64,000 bases of DNA from Malacoraja senta (Eukaryota): positions 17,114,001-17,178,000 of the forward strand of contig CM075988.1 in assembly GCA_038087875.1 (NCBI GenBank), in the 5' to 3' direction. Positions 26,401-39,741 of this stretch are shown one piece after another. Made by a program: the position numbers and the translations under genes. Within the stretch, counting starts at the first letter, position 1; each line of letters begins with the position of its first letter. The notes beneath the pieces are model-generated. The model worked only from the letters and a program-made list of their open reading frames with translations, did not search any database and was not told where the DNA came from.

Positions 26401-27328
26401 TCACATCATGATGCAAAGCTAAAAAGCAGTCACTGTCCCCCAGTAAAGTTTTTAAAAAATGACACAATCTGCACTCTCACAAGTTGTCTCGGGTCAATTT
26501 TATAAAATGACGTGTGTCCAAGGACATCAGAGTTTGGGGAGAGTAAAATTCTGATAAATAAGTTTAATTTATTATTGTAAACTGAATGAACTATATTCAA
26601 AAATACTAATGGAAAAGAGAACAATTTAACAGTTTACAATAAACATTACTATGTAGTAATGTTTGAATCTATTTAGAAATCTTGTTGCAACGGTTTAAAA
26701 TACGTTTTACAAGCTTCAGCAACATACACGATTCTAAATTAATTAGAATTCTATTAGTTCTTGTGTACACAGTAAAGCTTGGACCACTAAATATAGATTA
26801 ATTAAATAGTATCTCATTTCATACTGATTGCTGAAGCTCATAATGTAACAGCGTTCATCCTACAAATATGTTAGCACAAATTCAGTTTTCTTTACGACAG
26901 ACAATGCTGTGTTTTCCTGTACCATAACAAGCAGCAAGCAGTGCCAAAGAAACTTGTGATTTTAGTGCTTACAAGAATGTAGTTTCTAAAATATATCCCG
27001 GAAATGGCAAATTTTGCAAATGGATAACTGACCATGGGACGTAGATTATTTTGAGGATAGGATCAAATGAAGGAGCATCGCTTTCACATCGCACACTGAT
27101 TGTTAATCAGTTGAGGATCACAAATTGCTATGTCGTAAAGGAAAGATGTTATTTGACATACTCTATCAGCTTTGTGGCTCTAGGTTTATGAAGCAGCACA
27201 GCAAGTCAATTTCAGAGCCTGGACTGAAAGGATTAATGCTGCTTGATGATGCTGCACTAATGATGCCTAATCAAGCTAAAACTTTAATCTATGCTGATAA
27301 TATGTATAATTTTCCAAAACTAAAAATA

Positions 27329-28778
27329 CAGTGCCCTCCATTACACGTTTGTGACAAAGACCCATCATTTATTTATTTGCCTCTGTACTCCACAATTTCA
27401 GATTTGTAATAGAAAAACATCACATGTGGTTAAAGTGCACATTGTCAGATTTTAATAAAGGCCAATTTTACACATTTTGGTTTCACCATGTAGAAATTAC
27501 AGCAATGTTTATACATAGTCTCCCCCTCCTCCTACTCCCCCCCCCCCCCCCCCCCCCACACCCCAATCCCCCATTTCAGCGCACCATAATGTTTGGGGCA
27601 CAGCGATGTCATGTAAATAAAAATAGTCATGTTTAGTATTTTGTTGCATATCTTTTGTACGCAATGACTGCTTGAAGTCTGCTATTCATGGACATCACCA
27701 GTTGCTGGGTGTCTTCTCTGGTGATGCTCTGCCAGACCTGCATTGCAGCCATCTTTAGCATCTGCTTGTTTTGGGGGCTAGTCCCCATCAGTTTTCTCTT
27801 CAGCAAATAAAAGGCATGCCCAATTGGGTTCAGATCAGGTGATTGACTTGGCCACTCAAGAATTGACTATTTTTTAGCTTTGAAAAACTCCTTTGTTGCT
27901 TTGGCAGTATGTTTGGGATCATTGTCTTGCTGTAGAATGAACTGCCAGCCAATGAGTTTTGAGGCATTTGTTTGAACTTGAGCAGATAGGACGTGTCTAT
28001 ACACTTCAGAATGCATTATGCTACTACCGTCAGCAGTGGTATAATCAATGAAGTGAGCCGGTACCTTCAGCAGACATACATGCCCAGGCCATAACACCCC
28101 CACCACCGTGTTTCACAGATGAGGTGGTATGCTTTGGATCTTGGACAGTTCCTTCTCTCCTCCATACTTTGCTCTTGCCATCACTCTGATATGTTATTCT
28201 TCGTCTCATCTGTCCACATGACCTTTTACCAGAACGGTGGTTGCTCTTTTAAGTACTTCTTGGTAAACTGTAACCCGGCCATCCTATTTTTGTGGTAACC
28301 AGTGGTTTGCATCTTGCAGTGTAGCCTCTGTATTTCTGTTCATGAAGTCTTCTGCGGATAGTGGTCATTGACAAATCCATACCCGACTCCTGAAGTGTGT
28401 TTCTGATCTGTTGGACAGGTGTTTGGTGATTTTTCTTTATTATAGAGAGAATATTTTTATCATCATCTGTGGTGGTCTTTCTTAGCCTGCTAGTCCCTTT
28501 GCGATTAGTAAGCTCACCAGTGCTCTTTCTTCTTAATGATGTTCCAAACAGTTGATTTTGGTAAGCCTAAGGTTTGGCTGATGTCTCTAACAGTTTTATT
28601 CTTGTTTTTCAGTCTCATAATAGCTTCTTTGACTTTTAGTGGCACAATTTTGATCCTCATGTTGATAAACAGCAATAAAAGTTTCCAAAGGTGATGGAAA
28701 GACTGGAGGAAAGACTAGGTGCTGAGAGCTCTCTTATACCTGCATTGAGGAGGCATTTAGACACACCTGAGGGCACTG
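27329..28778 (-). mobile_element. Second Tc1-family transposon with degenerate transposase; right TIR mostly deleted
   Basis: TA|CAGTGCCCTC...GAGGGCACTG|TA; fragments MRIKIVPLKVKEAIMRL (ATG 28660), QQDNDPKHTAKATKEFF, LEWPSQSPDLNPI. Confidence 0.9.
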
Positions 28779-28846
28779 TAGATGCAATGTGGCCCTGCTA
28801 CATTTATTTGTGAGTTGTAGTCGATAATCAAACAGCTAATTAACAA

Positions 28847-29132
28847 GGGGCATGGTGGCATAGCAGTAGAGCTAGTGTCTTACAGCGCCAGAGACCCGAC
28901 TACGGGTGCTTTTATGTATGGAGTTTGTGCGTTCTCCCCGTGACCTGCATGGGTTTTATTCAACATCTTCGGTTTCCCCCCCCACACTCCAAACACATAC
29001 AGGTTTGTAGGTTAATTGGCTTGGTATAAATGTAAAATTGTTCCTAGTGTGTAGGATAGTGTTAATGTGCAGGGATTGCTGATCAGCGTGGACTCGGTGG
29101 GCCAAAGGGCCTGTTTCTGCACTGTATCTCTA
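28847..29132 (+). mobile_element. tRNA-derived V-SINE (HE1-like)
   Basis: tRNA-like head, core ggagtttgtgcgttctccccgtgacctgcatgggttt, and CR1-like tail ggccaaagggcctgtttctgcactgtatctcta. Confidence 0.8.
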
Positions 29133-29744
29133 TAATAATAATAGATAATAGATAATAGACTATAGGTGCAGGAGTAGGCCATTTGTTGCTTTAGCAGTAT
29201 GTTTGGGATCATTGTCTTGCCTCTACACTAAACTATGCTAAAGGAAGGAGATTCCAAGAATATCCCCACCCTCAACAATGGCTGAACACAACTTGAAACT
29301 ATATTTAAGCATTTGCAAACAGCGTTCGCCCATTTGATCCAAATAGAAGATCCATATTGGCTTCCTCCTGAGATCTCCACCATCACAGACACCAGATTTC
29401 AAGAAACAGATGACGGCATTTGAACAGAAAAGACTATTGGACCAGACACCATTTCAGCCACAGCACTGAAGACCTCCACCTGCCAAGCTGCTCCAGTACA
29501 GTTACACCACTGGCACCGACTTCCGAAAGTAGAAAATTGCCACGTACGTCTTGTCCACAAAAAAATTGGACAAATCCAATTTGGTTAATTACTTCCCAAT
29601 CAGTCTACCCTCAATAAACACCAGTGACAGAAAGGATCATTGACAGTGCTATCAAGCAGAACTTACTCTTCAGTCCTCTTGTTACCAATGTCCAATTGGA
29701 GTTTGGTATAACTTGACTTGTGGGGTTGACTTGTCCAATATACC

Positions 29745-30232
29745 AAATTTTTCTGTCATCCACAAACTTACTAACCTTGCCAACTAGACTCTCATCCAAA
29801 TCGTTAATATGGATGACGAATAATAGTAGACCCAGCACCGATCCCTGCAGCACACAACTGATCACAGACCATCAATTTGAAAAACAACACCTCACTGCTA
29901 CCTTTAGACACCTACTGACAAGTTACATGGATAGGACAGGTTTAGAAAGATATGAACCATATGCAGGTAGGTGGGACGAGTATAGATGGGACATGTTGGC
30001 CGATAAAGGCCTGTTTCCATGCTGTAAGACTCTATGACTCTTGTCAATTTTGTATTCAATTGGCTAGTTTGTGCTGAAACCCATGTGATCTTCCAGACCA
30101 GCATAACATGTGGAACCTTGTCAAAGGCCATGTTAAAGTCCAAATAGACATGTCTACTGCCCTAGACTCGTCAGTTCGCTTTGTGACCTTCACAAAAAAC
30201 TCAAATCATGAGACATGATTTCCCATGTGTAA
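29745..30232 (-). mobile_element. CR1 RT fragment with a nested short CR1 tail on + (~29920-30040)
   Basis: QGSVLGLLLFVIHINDLD...SKFVDD and DFNMAFDKVPH motifs. Confidence 0.75.
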
Positions 30233-31849
30233 AGATGGTAGAAAGAAGGAGGGATGTCCAAGCATTTAGGTGCTAAGATCCTAAATTCTTCCCCGAATCT
30301 CTTCATCTTTCCTGCGTCTTTGCCTGTTGGCTATTTTGTCCTTTTATGCCTCTGTGAAGCACTGTGGGTGATTTCCTACGTTATTAACAAGTACGTGGTG
30401 CTGACCAGCTTGTTATTGTCACACTAAAATTAATATTCCATGTGGATTGAAGAGCCACAGCTGGCTGTTGCAATTTTAATGTACCCAAACTAAAGTCATA
30501 AAAAGTGTCAATTCCCATTTTTATTATAGGTGGGAATGAGCTCAGCTGTAATGCTGTTCACTTCCTACAAGATTGAAGAGGCTGCCAACATTTTCTCACG
30601 AAAGCTCGAACATGAACAGTGTTCGTGGAAGAAAGAGGAGGAAAGTCCAAAGACTGGAACAGCATTTCCAGTGCTTTGCTGTAGTTCCTGTAGAACCTTG
30701 TCTATGTTTTCAAGGTTAAGGTTTTTACCATTTCACCAAGGCCCTGTTCCACTACAATAATCCTTTCAGAATTTTAAACTCACAGTACATCTACAACGTA
30801 ATTCCATTCAATGCAGCAACTATTTGGAATACTAACCATGTTCAAATTCAGCAACTGTTCCGAGACTCTGAATTGGCCTTAAATGAACACAATGAAACAC
30901 ATTATCTCGTTGGGCCATTTCTGGCAAAGATAAGACACAAAGTGCTGGAGTAACTCAGCGGGTCAGTTGCTTTCTACACAGTCCTGGCATTGGCTTTGCT
31001 TCTGAAATGTCTTCTTCAAAGATGCTCACTGAGCTAGTGTGTGTTTATAGTGGTTTATTTTGGATTTCCTACAACTTGTTTTTGCACTCCAGCTGCCATT
31101 TGCACCTTCTACTCAAAGTGGAATAGAGCATCATTTGGGGTGGAAAATGGCCCAGTTGGAGGAAATGGTTATTTCACTTCCATGATTCTGAATGTCGAAA
31201 ATATATAGGTAGCAGGGACCCTTTGCTGAAAAACTGGTACTGTTCATCTTCACCTTTCCACTTCAGCACTGGGTGTGAATACTGCCGTATTTGTATTAAA
31301 CCAGCCTCAAATAGAAAAATAAGAACTTCTTTGGATGAACATAATAATTTTTTTTTAAATGATGGCCTGTTTCTTTCTTTCATACCAATGAACAAAAAGC
31401 ACAGGCACTTTAACAAAGCATGGTGGATTTTTGCATTGTAACTTCCTGCGATTATAATCAACATCATGGCTCACTCAGCAAAGAAAACCTAGCAAATAGG
31501 ACAAGCATGGATTGAAGAGTCTTTACCAAGACGCACAGCAGCAAGCATTTGGCCTTGGCGTCAGTGCTGAATTCACAATGTCTAAACACATGTATGTTGT
31601 GCTCCAATTCTAAAATTGGTTCTATTTAAGTCCAAACAGCAGAGCTGCATAAACTCATTTTGTGCATATTGTAGGTTTAGCACAAACTGTTGAAAACAAC
31701 TTTTTAACCCAATGTACACAAACATGTTTACTTAGTGCAATCACATGCGGAAGCCAATAAATAAGGTGAATTTGGGACATGATTGAGATAAAGGAGTAAA
31801 AAGTTTTTAAAACTTGCAAAATAAATTGCAAAAATAAATTTATTATTGT

Positions 31850-32390
31850 TAAACTTTATTTCAGACTCAAGGTCCAGACAAGAGACATTACATAAAATAC
31901 ATTGCATATCAAAACACCATAAAATATATATAAAAGCTTAGTAAATTATTTATAAGAGCATCATAAATTATATACAAAAACACAATACACGATTTAAAAT
32001 CCAGAATAAAAAGAAAGATCAGTGTCCTACAAAGAGACAACTATAACAATGTCTCCACAAGTGCGATTGGTAGTGTGTAGTGCTAAACCTTATGTTTGAT
32101 AAGACCAAGATAATTACATTTTCAGTCATTAATCCTGCAAATAAATGTATACATATGATTTCTTACGATAGCTTCTAAAGTACTGACTCCTGCAGCCACA
32201 AACATTTCACTAGCACTACACCATCTAGGTTTCCTTAGCAGCATTCTCATGGCATCATTATAAGCTACCTTTAATCTCTATAAACTTGTCTTTCTGTAGT
32301 TTGACCACAAGTGTGCAGTATAGATTGGTGTACCATATGCTCTAAACAGAGACATCTTCACCACATCTGTATACGCACCGAACATGGTTT
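31850..32390 (-). mobile_element. RTE-X-like LINE 3' fragment
   Basis: Minus-strand translation includes LKVAYNDAMRMLLRKPRWCSASEMFVAAGV; ends near an AATAAA-type tail. Confidence 0.55.
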
Positions 32391-33026
32391 CATAAATTAT
32401 AAATGTGAAAGTGTACAGCCAGTAATGAACACATTACACAATTACAATTTCACCTCTATATGGGTAACATATTTAAAGAGAACCAATAGGCAATTATGAC
32501 TTTTTATCCTTCATGTGTTCAAATGTAACCGTTTAGAGACACTGCTGGGATAGTTTCTGGAGGGGCAAGCAATTTAGCCAGAAACTTTCTAATGCCTGCA
32601 TACAACAAAGCAGTGATAGTCAGTGGAGGGTGTTGACCGGTTTATTTGTTAATACCAATGATTACAGATATCCTTAACTGTCATTACTAATGCAAAGTCA
32701 GAGCTATTGCATGTAAATAGTTAAACTCAACATCATGACATGGAGTAAAAAAAAAATTGCATAATTAAAACACTGCATTGGTATTTAACACTTCACCAAA
32801 AGAGATCACTTTTGCTACATGAAAGGTGCTGTATAAATGTGTTCTTGCTTTCTTTCGCGCAAAACAGCACTGTTAAACCAGCTTTATCTTTAATTTTAAT
32901 TCCTTGAAAAACAGCAAAAGAAAAATATTCCAAATGTCTGAAATTTGGATTAAAAAAAAAGTATTTGCAGTGTCAAGAGACTGAATCTGGAGCAATAAAC
33001 AAACAAACTGCTGGAAGAGATAAAAT

Positions 33027-33400
33027 GTGTAGGAAAGAACTGCAGATGCTGGTTTAAATCAAAGATAGACACAAAATGCTAAAGTAACTCAGCGGGACAG
33101 GCAGCATCTCTCTCGAGAGAGAGAAGGAATGAGTGATGTCTCGGGTCGAGACCCTCTTCAGACTGATGTCAGGGGAGTGGGCGGTACATAGATAAGAACG
33201 TGTATAGATAAGGAAGTGCAAGGTGTGAAAACAGGACCACGGGAATGGAGATCAAGGAAAATGTAGAATAGATTATTAGTTGGGAGAAGGTAACAACAAA
33301 GCAGAGATAAAATGTAGTCGGAGACAGTAAGACTGGTCGGAGAACTGGGAAGGGGGAGGGGATGGAGAGAGAGAGAAAACAATGGCTACTTGAAGTTCGA
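33027..33400 (-). mobile_element. Penelope 3' terminal repeat fragment
   Basis: Similar to 16146-16360 (cttcagactgatgtcagggg...aatgtagtcggagacagtaagact). Confidence 0.75.
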
Positions 33401-34889
33401 GAACTACTTGAAGAATTTAGCAGGTTAAGCAGCATCAGTGGAACCAAAGGGATGATCGGAATTTTGTGTTGAAATTCTGCATCCGGACTGCAGAAATGTT
33501 ATCTTGACCTGATGCAGGATCTCAACCCGGAACACTGACCATCTTCTTGCCTCCACAAGTGCTTGACCCGCTGAGCTCCTCCAGCAGTTAGTTTATTTTC
33601 TAAGATATAAAATTTATTCCACTATGTGGTAAGTCCTGCATGGCCTGTAGACCAAAAATCAAATTAACATCTGTCTGTTTACAGCCAAACTGTTATCAGA
33701 TTACTAACATTGTCCAGCAAGTCGCTTTTTATTCCTCGAGTTCAATATTAATGTTAAGAAATGAAACAAAAAATAAATCATATTTTCAACTGTGAATAAT
33801 ACAGAGCTTTAAATCACAGCCTCTGCTGTCAATCACACGCAAAATACCCTAATAAGTAGGTCGGTCATACTGGGTAAATCAGAAAGTAACATTGTGCATA
33901 ACAGAGTGAATGTGTACGTACAGAGCGACATGCATCAATGAGGTATTTCACATCAATTCTTTCAAAGCCTGAGGTAAATACGTTGCTGGATAAGAGGAAA
34001 ATATATTAAAAGAGAAAGAAACTGTAAAAGTGAGGGATTCCTGAAATGGATAGGGAGATTCGAGTTTAGTGGAATTGCTTTTGGCACTTTATCATGCTCT
34101 GCCTTCATATCTACTGCAGTAATCCTTTATTCTTCAAAACGTGAAGTAAAATGAAAGCAAAGGGAAGGGGTGGAGGAATAAATTTGATGTCTTACTCAAA
34201 GATTTTTTTAACTTATGTAAGCATCAAACAAATTTCGTAAAAATTTATTTCAATAATTCAGAAGTTGAGAAATGATTTTTAAAATTGCACCAATGTGATT
34301 TGGTCCTTCAAGGACAGGTATCCAAGCATAAAGCAGACTGGGACACAGAAATAATATATTTCTGCAATCAGCGTATTCTCCGAGCTGAGAGCAAGATGCA
34401 GCATTGAAGAAGAAATTTGTTTTGTGAAAAATGTAATGCATCTATAGCAGAAAGGGTCTGAATCTTGAATAAATTACTTTAGTTTAGTTTGGTATCAATA
34501 TTCTTCAAAAAAAAATCTGAACTTAAAAAAAAATTATAGCAACTTCATTGAGCAATTATAAATGTAGAGTTTATATTCTCAATGTATATTGAATAATTTA
34601 AGATGCAACTAAATTGAACAAGGAGAAAGAAAATTAATTGCTGCAGTCTACAATGAGAATGTGATACTAACATTTGTAAAATCAGCTCATTGAAACCTCA
34701 AAAATTCATATTTCACATTTTGTTTAATGATTTTTTTAAATTAAAAAAATTAAAAATTGTTTTGCTTTGATAAAAAGAGATGCAAAATGAACCATGAAGC
34801 CCTGACAAAGTTCAAGTTAAAATGGTCAGTAACTTGTAGAGGTAAATAGGAATGAACCATTGTTGGCAAAACAACAGTTATAACTAGCA

Positions 34890-35203
34890 GGTAGACAAAA
34901 ATGCTGGAGAAACTCAGCGGGTGAGGCAGCATCTATGGAGCGAAGGAAATAGGCAACATTTTGGGTCGAAAACCTTCTTCAGACTGATGTGAGGGTGGGG
35001 GGCGCGGGAAGAAGAAAGGAAGAGGAGGAGCCAGTGGGCTGAGGGAGAGTTGAGAAGGGGAGGAGAAAGTAGGGACTATCTGAAATTAGAGAAGTCAATG
35101 TTCATACCGCTGGGGTGCAAACTCCAATTTACGGTAGTCCTCACTCTGGCCATGGAGGTGGCCCAGGACAGAAAGGTCGGATTCGGAATGGGAGGGGGAG
35201 TTG
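34890..35203 (-). mobile_element. Penelope 3' fragment interrupted by the ERV (continues at ~40813-40835)
   Basis: Shares gagaagtcaatgttcataccgct and terminal-repeat motifs with 16146-16380. Removing the ERV restores ggagggggagttg|aagtgctgagcc. Confidence 0.75.
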
Positions 35204-35739
35204 TGTGAATGGAAATCCTGAATCAACGCTGTAAGATTGTTCTGTAAAGGTAAAATGGTTGGCCAGGTAGACTGGATTAAAACATAAAATGGCTGCTGAC
35301 CAGGCTTGCTGGAACTGAGGCTGCAGGTTTCAGGAAGGGAATACACAATCTTGCAGTTACTGCATAAACATGAATAGGGGATCACCCTCCCCGTCTGACA
35401 AGATTGAGGAATATACAATCCCCCTCGCCGGGAAGACTAAGGAATGTACCGGTCTGAGCTCTAGTGTGGTTTCTCTAACTAACATCTCCTTATATGTACA
35501 TACCTGTTGTCCTGTATTTTGCGTACGTGTCGGTTCTTTGATTGGGGAATGTGGGAGGTGCTAAGCAGTGACATTAAAATATAAAAGGCATTGCAATTAA
35601 GGGCAGAGAGCTTGACTCTTTGCTAGGTTGTTAACCTGTGTGAAGACTCAGTGCTGAATAAACGTACGTTTAAAGCAACCCCGGTGTCTGGTCGATTATT
35701 GTCGAAACAACCGATGTGAGAGAAAAACATGAATCAACA
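35204..35739 (+). repeat. ERV 5' LTR (536 bp)
   Basis: TG...CA; TATAAAA at 35580; AATAAA near 35658; direct repeat of 40299-40812. Confidence 0.95.
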
Positions 35740-35741
35740 TT

Positions 35742-35759
35742 TGGTGTCAGGAGTGGGAT
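35742..35759 (+). promoter_or_regulatory. Primer binding site complementary to the tRNA-Leu(CAG) 3' end
   Basis: TGGTGTCAGGAGTGGGAT, 2 nt after the 5' LTR. Its reverse complement ATCCCACTCCTGACACCA is the vertebrate tRNA-Leu(CAG) 3' end. Confidence 0.85.
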
Positions 35760-36458
35760 GTCAACCAGCGACTGATCGAGCCGGCGAGTGAATCCACTGG
35801 GCGACAGGATCGATGTGAAGGAGGTACCGCCAAGTGAGTAGATTTAGTTAAATCACCTCTTGGTCCTTCCTCGTATCCCGGCATAGCAGGGTAATTCGCT
35901 GGCTTGCGTCAGTCGGTGGGACGACATCCGAACGTTCCGGTTGTGGGCACGGGGATAGGGCCGTCTCGAGGATTGTCCTAGTCTGATCGAGCGGATAAAA
36001 CACCCCGTAGAGGGGGACCGTAGACGGTATATAAGAGGAGTGCACTGGGGATAGGATGGGAATGTGATGGTTATTGAATCGTCGGATTAACAAGTATTGA
36101 GACGTTAACCGAGACCAAGGTACCCCCGTATCTCACAGAAAGTCTGCCTTAGACTGGCGAAGTCAGGAATTGAAGTGACCGAGTGAGATACGGCGGAACC
36201 AAGGACTCATGGTTAACCCTGAAATATTGGTGTGTAATAGCATAAGTATAAATTGAATCGTCGGATTAATAAGTATTGAGACGTTAACCGAGACCAAGGT
36301 ACCCCCGTATCTCACAGAAAGTCCGCCTTAGACTGGTTGTTGAGAGGAAATCCTCCACGCGAAGGTCAGGAATTGAAGTGACCGAGTGAGATACGGCAGA
36401 ACCAAGGACTCACGGTTAACCCTGAAATATTGGTGTGTAATAGTATAAGTATAAAAAA

Positions 36459-37300
36459 ATGGGTAATGGTATGGACACCAGTTGTCACCCGGACCGGCCA
36501 TTACATCAGCTATGTTTCTTGCATCCAGAAATGGAGGAGACCTTCAGGCGTATGTCGGGAGGACTCATTCATAAACTGGGGAAGGATGAATGGCCTGAAG
36601 GGGGTTCCAAGGATATGGGTGTGTTATCAAGGGCCCAGAGTGTAATATGGAAAAAGGATTTAAAAAAAAAATATATAAAAAGGCCATTCAGTTGTGGATC
36701 GATCATTGTAACGGAGAAAAGGCACGGTCTTTAACGGCCAGTTGGCAGAGTAATGCCTTGAAACTAGGAATACCCCTGACCGAGGGGGGTCAGGAGAAGT
36801 CGGTGACCGTATTAAAACAGGAATGTAGGCATGCTAAGGAAAGTAAGGATCGTCAGGAGAGAGAGAGACAAAATAAGGCCGAGGTAGATAAAGACTTACG
36901 TAAGTCGGTGGCTGGCATAGATTTGGGAGGTGACGACGAGGAGGAGGTAGAGGATTATCATTGGGGAGTCCGTGGAGCACCCCCGCTGAACCAGTCTGCC
37001 CCCGTTGCCAGTCCCGTGTCCGCTCGTCCAATTCCCGCTACCCGATCCAAGATTAAAACTCGCCCTTCACAGATACCAGTTTCCAAATCTCCCGTACCCT
37101 CGCTGAACCCCAGAAGACGGTCCCATTCAGGGGGGACCACAGGGAAGACAGTTTCCCCTAGTGCCCCTCCAGCAGACCGACCTCCTCCGTATTCTCCTGC
37201 TGCCCTACAATCTACCGACTCCGTGGGAGGCAGAACTAAGCTGAACCCCCGGACCAAAACCAGAAAGAATATGGCACAGCGGCGAACCCAATCCCTCTCC
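36459..37300 (+). pseudogene. gag: ERV gag remnant (matrix and late-domain region; capsid/NC deleted)
   Basis: Myristoylation-type start MGNG; WPEGGS matrix motif; frameshift in the A-run near 36660-36670; PSAP and PPPY late domains in ORF 36647-37339. Confidence 0.85.
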
Positions 37301-39605
37301 TACAGTATACATGGACCAAATAGCCACCGGGCTTTGTAAACTCGCCGACCCTATTTTCTGGTTGTCTGCAACAGCAATTACAAAACCTGCAGTTACCTGA
37401 GGGGTCTGCATTGATCCAGTACATCGATGAACTTTTTGTGGCTAGTGAAACGGAGGAGCAGAATAGGGAAGCTATAATTTTGTTGTTGAACTTTGTAAAG
37501 GCATTGGGGTACGTTGTGTCCCCCTCCAAAGTACATGTCGGACAAAAGGAGGTGAAATTCCTCGGAGTCATAATCTCAGCAGATGGCCGTCGGTTGGACG
37601 AGAGCCGCACGGACCCTATTTACAGGAATTACCCCCCACATCAGCCAGGGGAATGCGACAGTGGTTGGGAATGATACCTGACTCTCCAGCAGGACATTAC
37701 TGGATATTCCTCCCACTCCGTGACCGCCCTACTGGGACAGCTCCAGACCCAGCATTTGACTTCAGCCAGACAAAATAAGTATGAGATCTACCTGTTGAAT
37801 AATCCCTAGCTACAGTTCCGGCACTGCACCACTATCAACCCTGCTGCGTTTCTCTGCTCTCCTCCTGATCCCCTCGCTCCATGCGACCATAATTGCTTTG
37901 AGGCTATTCTCGCGGATACCAGTACGCTGACCTTAGCGATCAACCTCTAGCCTCTTCATTTTTGATCCTCTATACCAATGGAAGTTCATCCATCGACGAG
38001 CAGGGACGCCGTCTGTCAGGCTTTGCGGTAGTTAAACAAGATGGAACCTTGCTGGATTGTGGCAGTTTTGACCCACCGTTTTCAGCTCAGCAGGCTGAGT
38101 TGTTTGCCCTCACCCGAGCATGGGTTCTCGTGGAGGGGCGCTCCGTCAATATTTACACCAACTCCCAATACGCATTTGGAGTCGTTCACGATTTCGGACA
38201 GTTATGGAAAAATAGGGGATTCCTCACCTCGACGGGCCATAAGATTGCCAATCAGATCCTGGTCTCTGACCTGTTGAATGCTATCCTTCTGCCCTCTGCG
38301 GTAGCCGTAATCAAATGTGCGGCCCACACGACAGGAGATTCCCCGGTCCAAATCGGTAACAGGTTGGCTGACGAAGCGGCTAAGTGTGCTTCACGCGGTA
38401 GATTTAAAGTGGTGGGTAGTATGATGAGGCAGGTGAAAAGCCTTTATATGGGCTCGTCTGAATCTGAGAAACCTATGCCAACCATGAATGATGTATTGCA
38501 CTTACAGGGGGACGCCTCTGTTGATGTTATAATGGAATGGGAGCAGCTGGGCTGTCGGAAGGCTGACTCTGGATTGTGGCTCACGCCGGCCGGACAGACC
38601 TGTATGACAGACCAGTTAGCGACCTGGGTTGTTGATTGCCTACATCTAGCCACTCACTGTGGGGCCACCTTGCTAGTAGACGCTCTCTTACAGGCATAGT
38701 GGCATCCTCGACTTAAGGTTTTGGCAGCCCAAACTAGTGCACGGTGCCTCACCTGTGCTACACACAACCCTGGTAAAGGAGTTGTCTGCCAGACGGGTCG
38801 TACTCCATTACCTACTGCTCCGTTTGAAACCTTATAGATGGATTTTATTGATTTGCCTAAGTGTCAGTGTTATAAACATGTGCTTGTTATTGTTGATGTG
38901 TTTTCTAGGTGGATTGAAGCCTTTCCAACCACTGATTGCACTGCTTCTACGGTGGTGTCTATTTTATTACGGCAGTTTGTTCCTCGCTTTGGGGTTCCAA
39001 ACACCATCAGTTCGGATAACGGCCCTCACTTTATTGCCGCTATCAATAAAGAATTGTACCGACAGCTGGGCATAAACCAGCGGCTGCATTGTGCTTATCG
39101 CCCACAGGCTGCAGGAATGGTGGAACGCTTGAACCAGACCCTGAAGACCAAGCTTGCCAAGCTGGTGGACCAATCGGGCTCCACCTGGGTTAAAATGTTA
39201 CCTGTCGCCTTGTTTCAGATCAGAGTCCTTCCAGCAGGGAAGACAAGGTTGTCTCCTGCAGAGATCATCTATGGCCGACCCCTGCGCACCCCCTGGACAG
39301 ACATTATCCCGGCCACAACAAAATTGCATCATATGACGGAGGAGATGGTCTCTTACGTCCTTGCCCTTACAAGGGCCCTGCATGAGATTCATGGGGAGGT
39401 CAAGGCCGCTTATGTGGGCGATATAGATTTTCCCGTTGATGGACGGATCATATGTGTTGATTAAGAATTGGATTCGTAAGGACACCCTTTCTCCTTGATG
39501 GTTGGGCCCCTTCCAGGTTCTCCTCACCACCCCCACCGCGGTAAAGGTAGAAGGACGATCAGCATGGGTGCATTTGCACCATTGTAAAGTGGTTGGTGAC
39601 ACCAA
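37301..39605 (+). pseudogene. pol: ERV pol remnant (partial RT, tether, RNase H, integrase)
   Basis: QYTWT..P.GFVNSPTLF and LIQYIDELFVAS (RT); INPAAFL (tether); YTNGSS, SAQQAELFALTRA, YAFGVVHDFG (RNase H); MDFIDLP, SSDNGPHF, YRPQAAGMVERLNQTLK (integrase); [15 protein letters not shown]. Several stops, frameshifts and deletions. Confidence 0.95.
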
Positions 39606-39741
39606 GCAAAGGGGGGAGGTAGAGGTCAGGGAGGGGGATCCGGTCCACGAAAAGCAGGGTACGAATTAATTTTGCTATGAAATTGCACGTTCTTTTCTTT
39701 TTCCCTCCCTTGTGTTCGCAGATACGAAATAAATCGCTAAG

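Noticed and set aside
35370..35564. Near-identical small ORFs in both LTRs (also 40401-40655) as a viral accessory gene
   Set aside because: The duplication is explained by the LTRs; the ORF is short with no recognisable motif.
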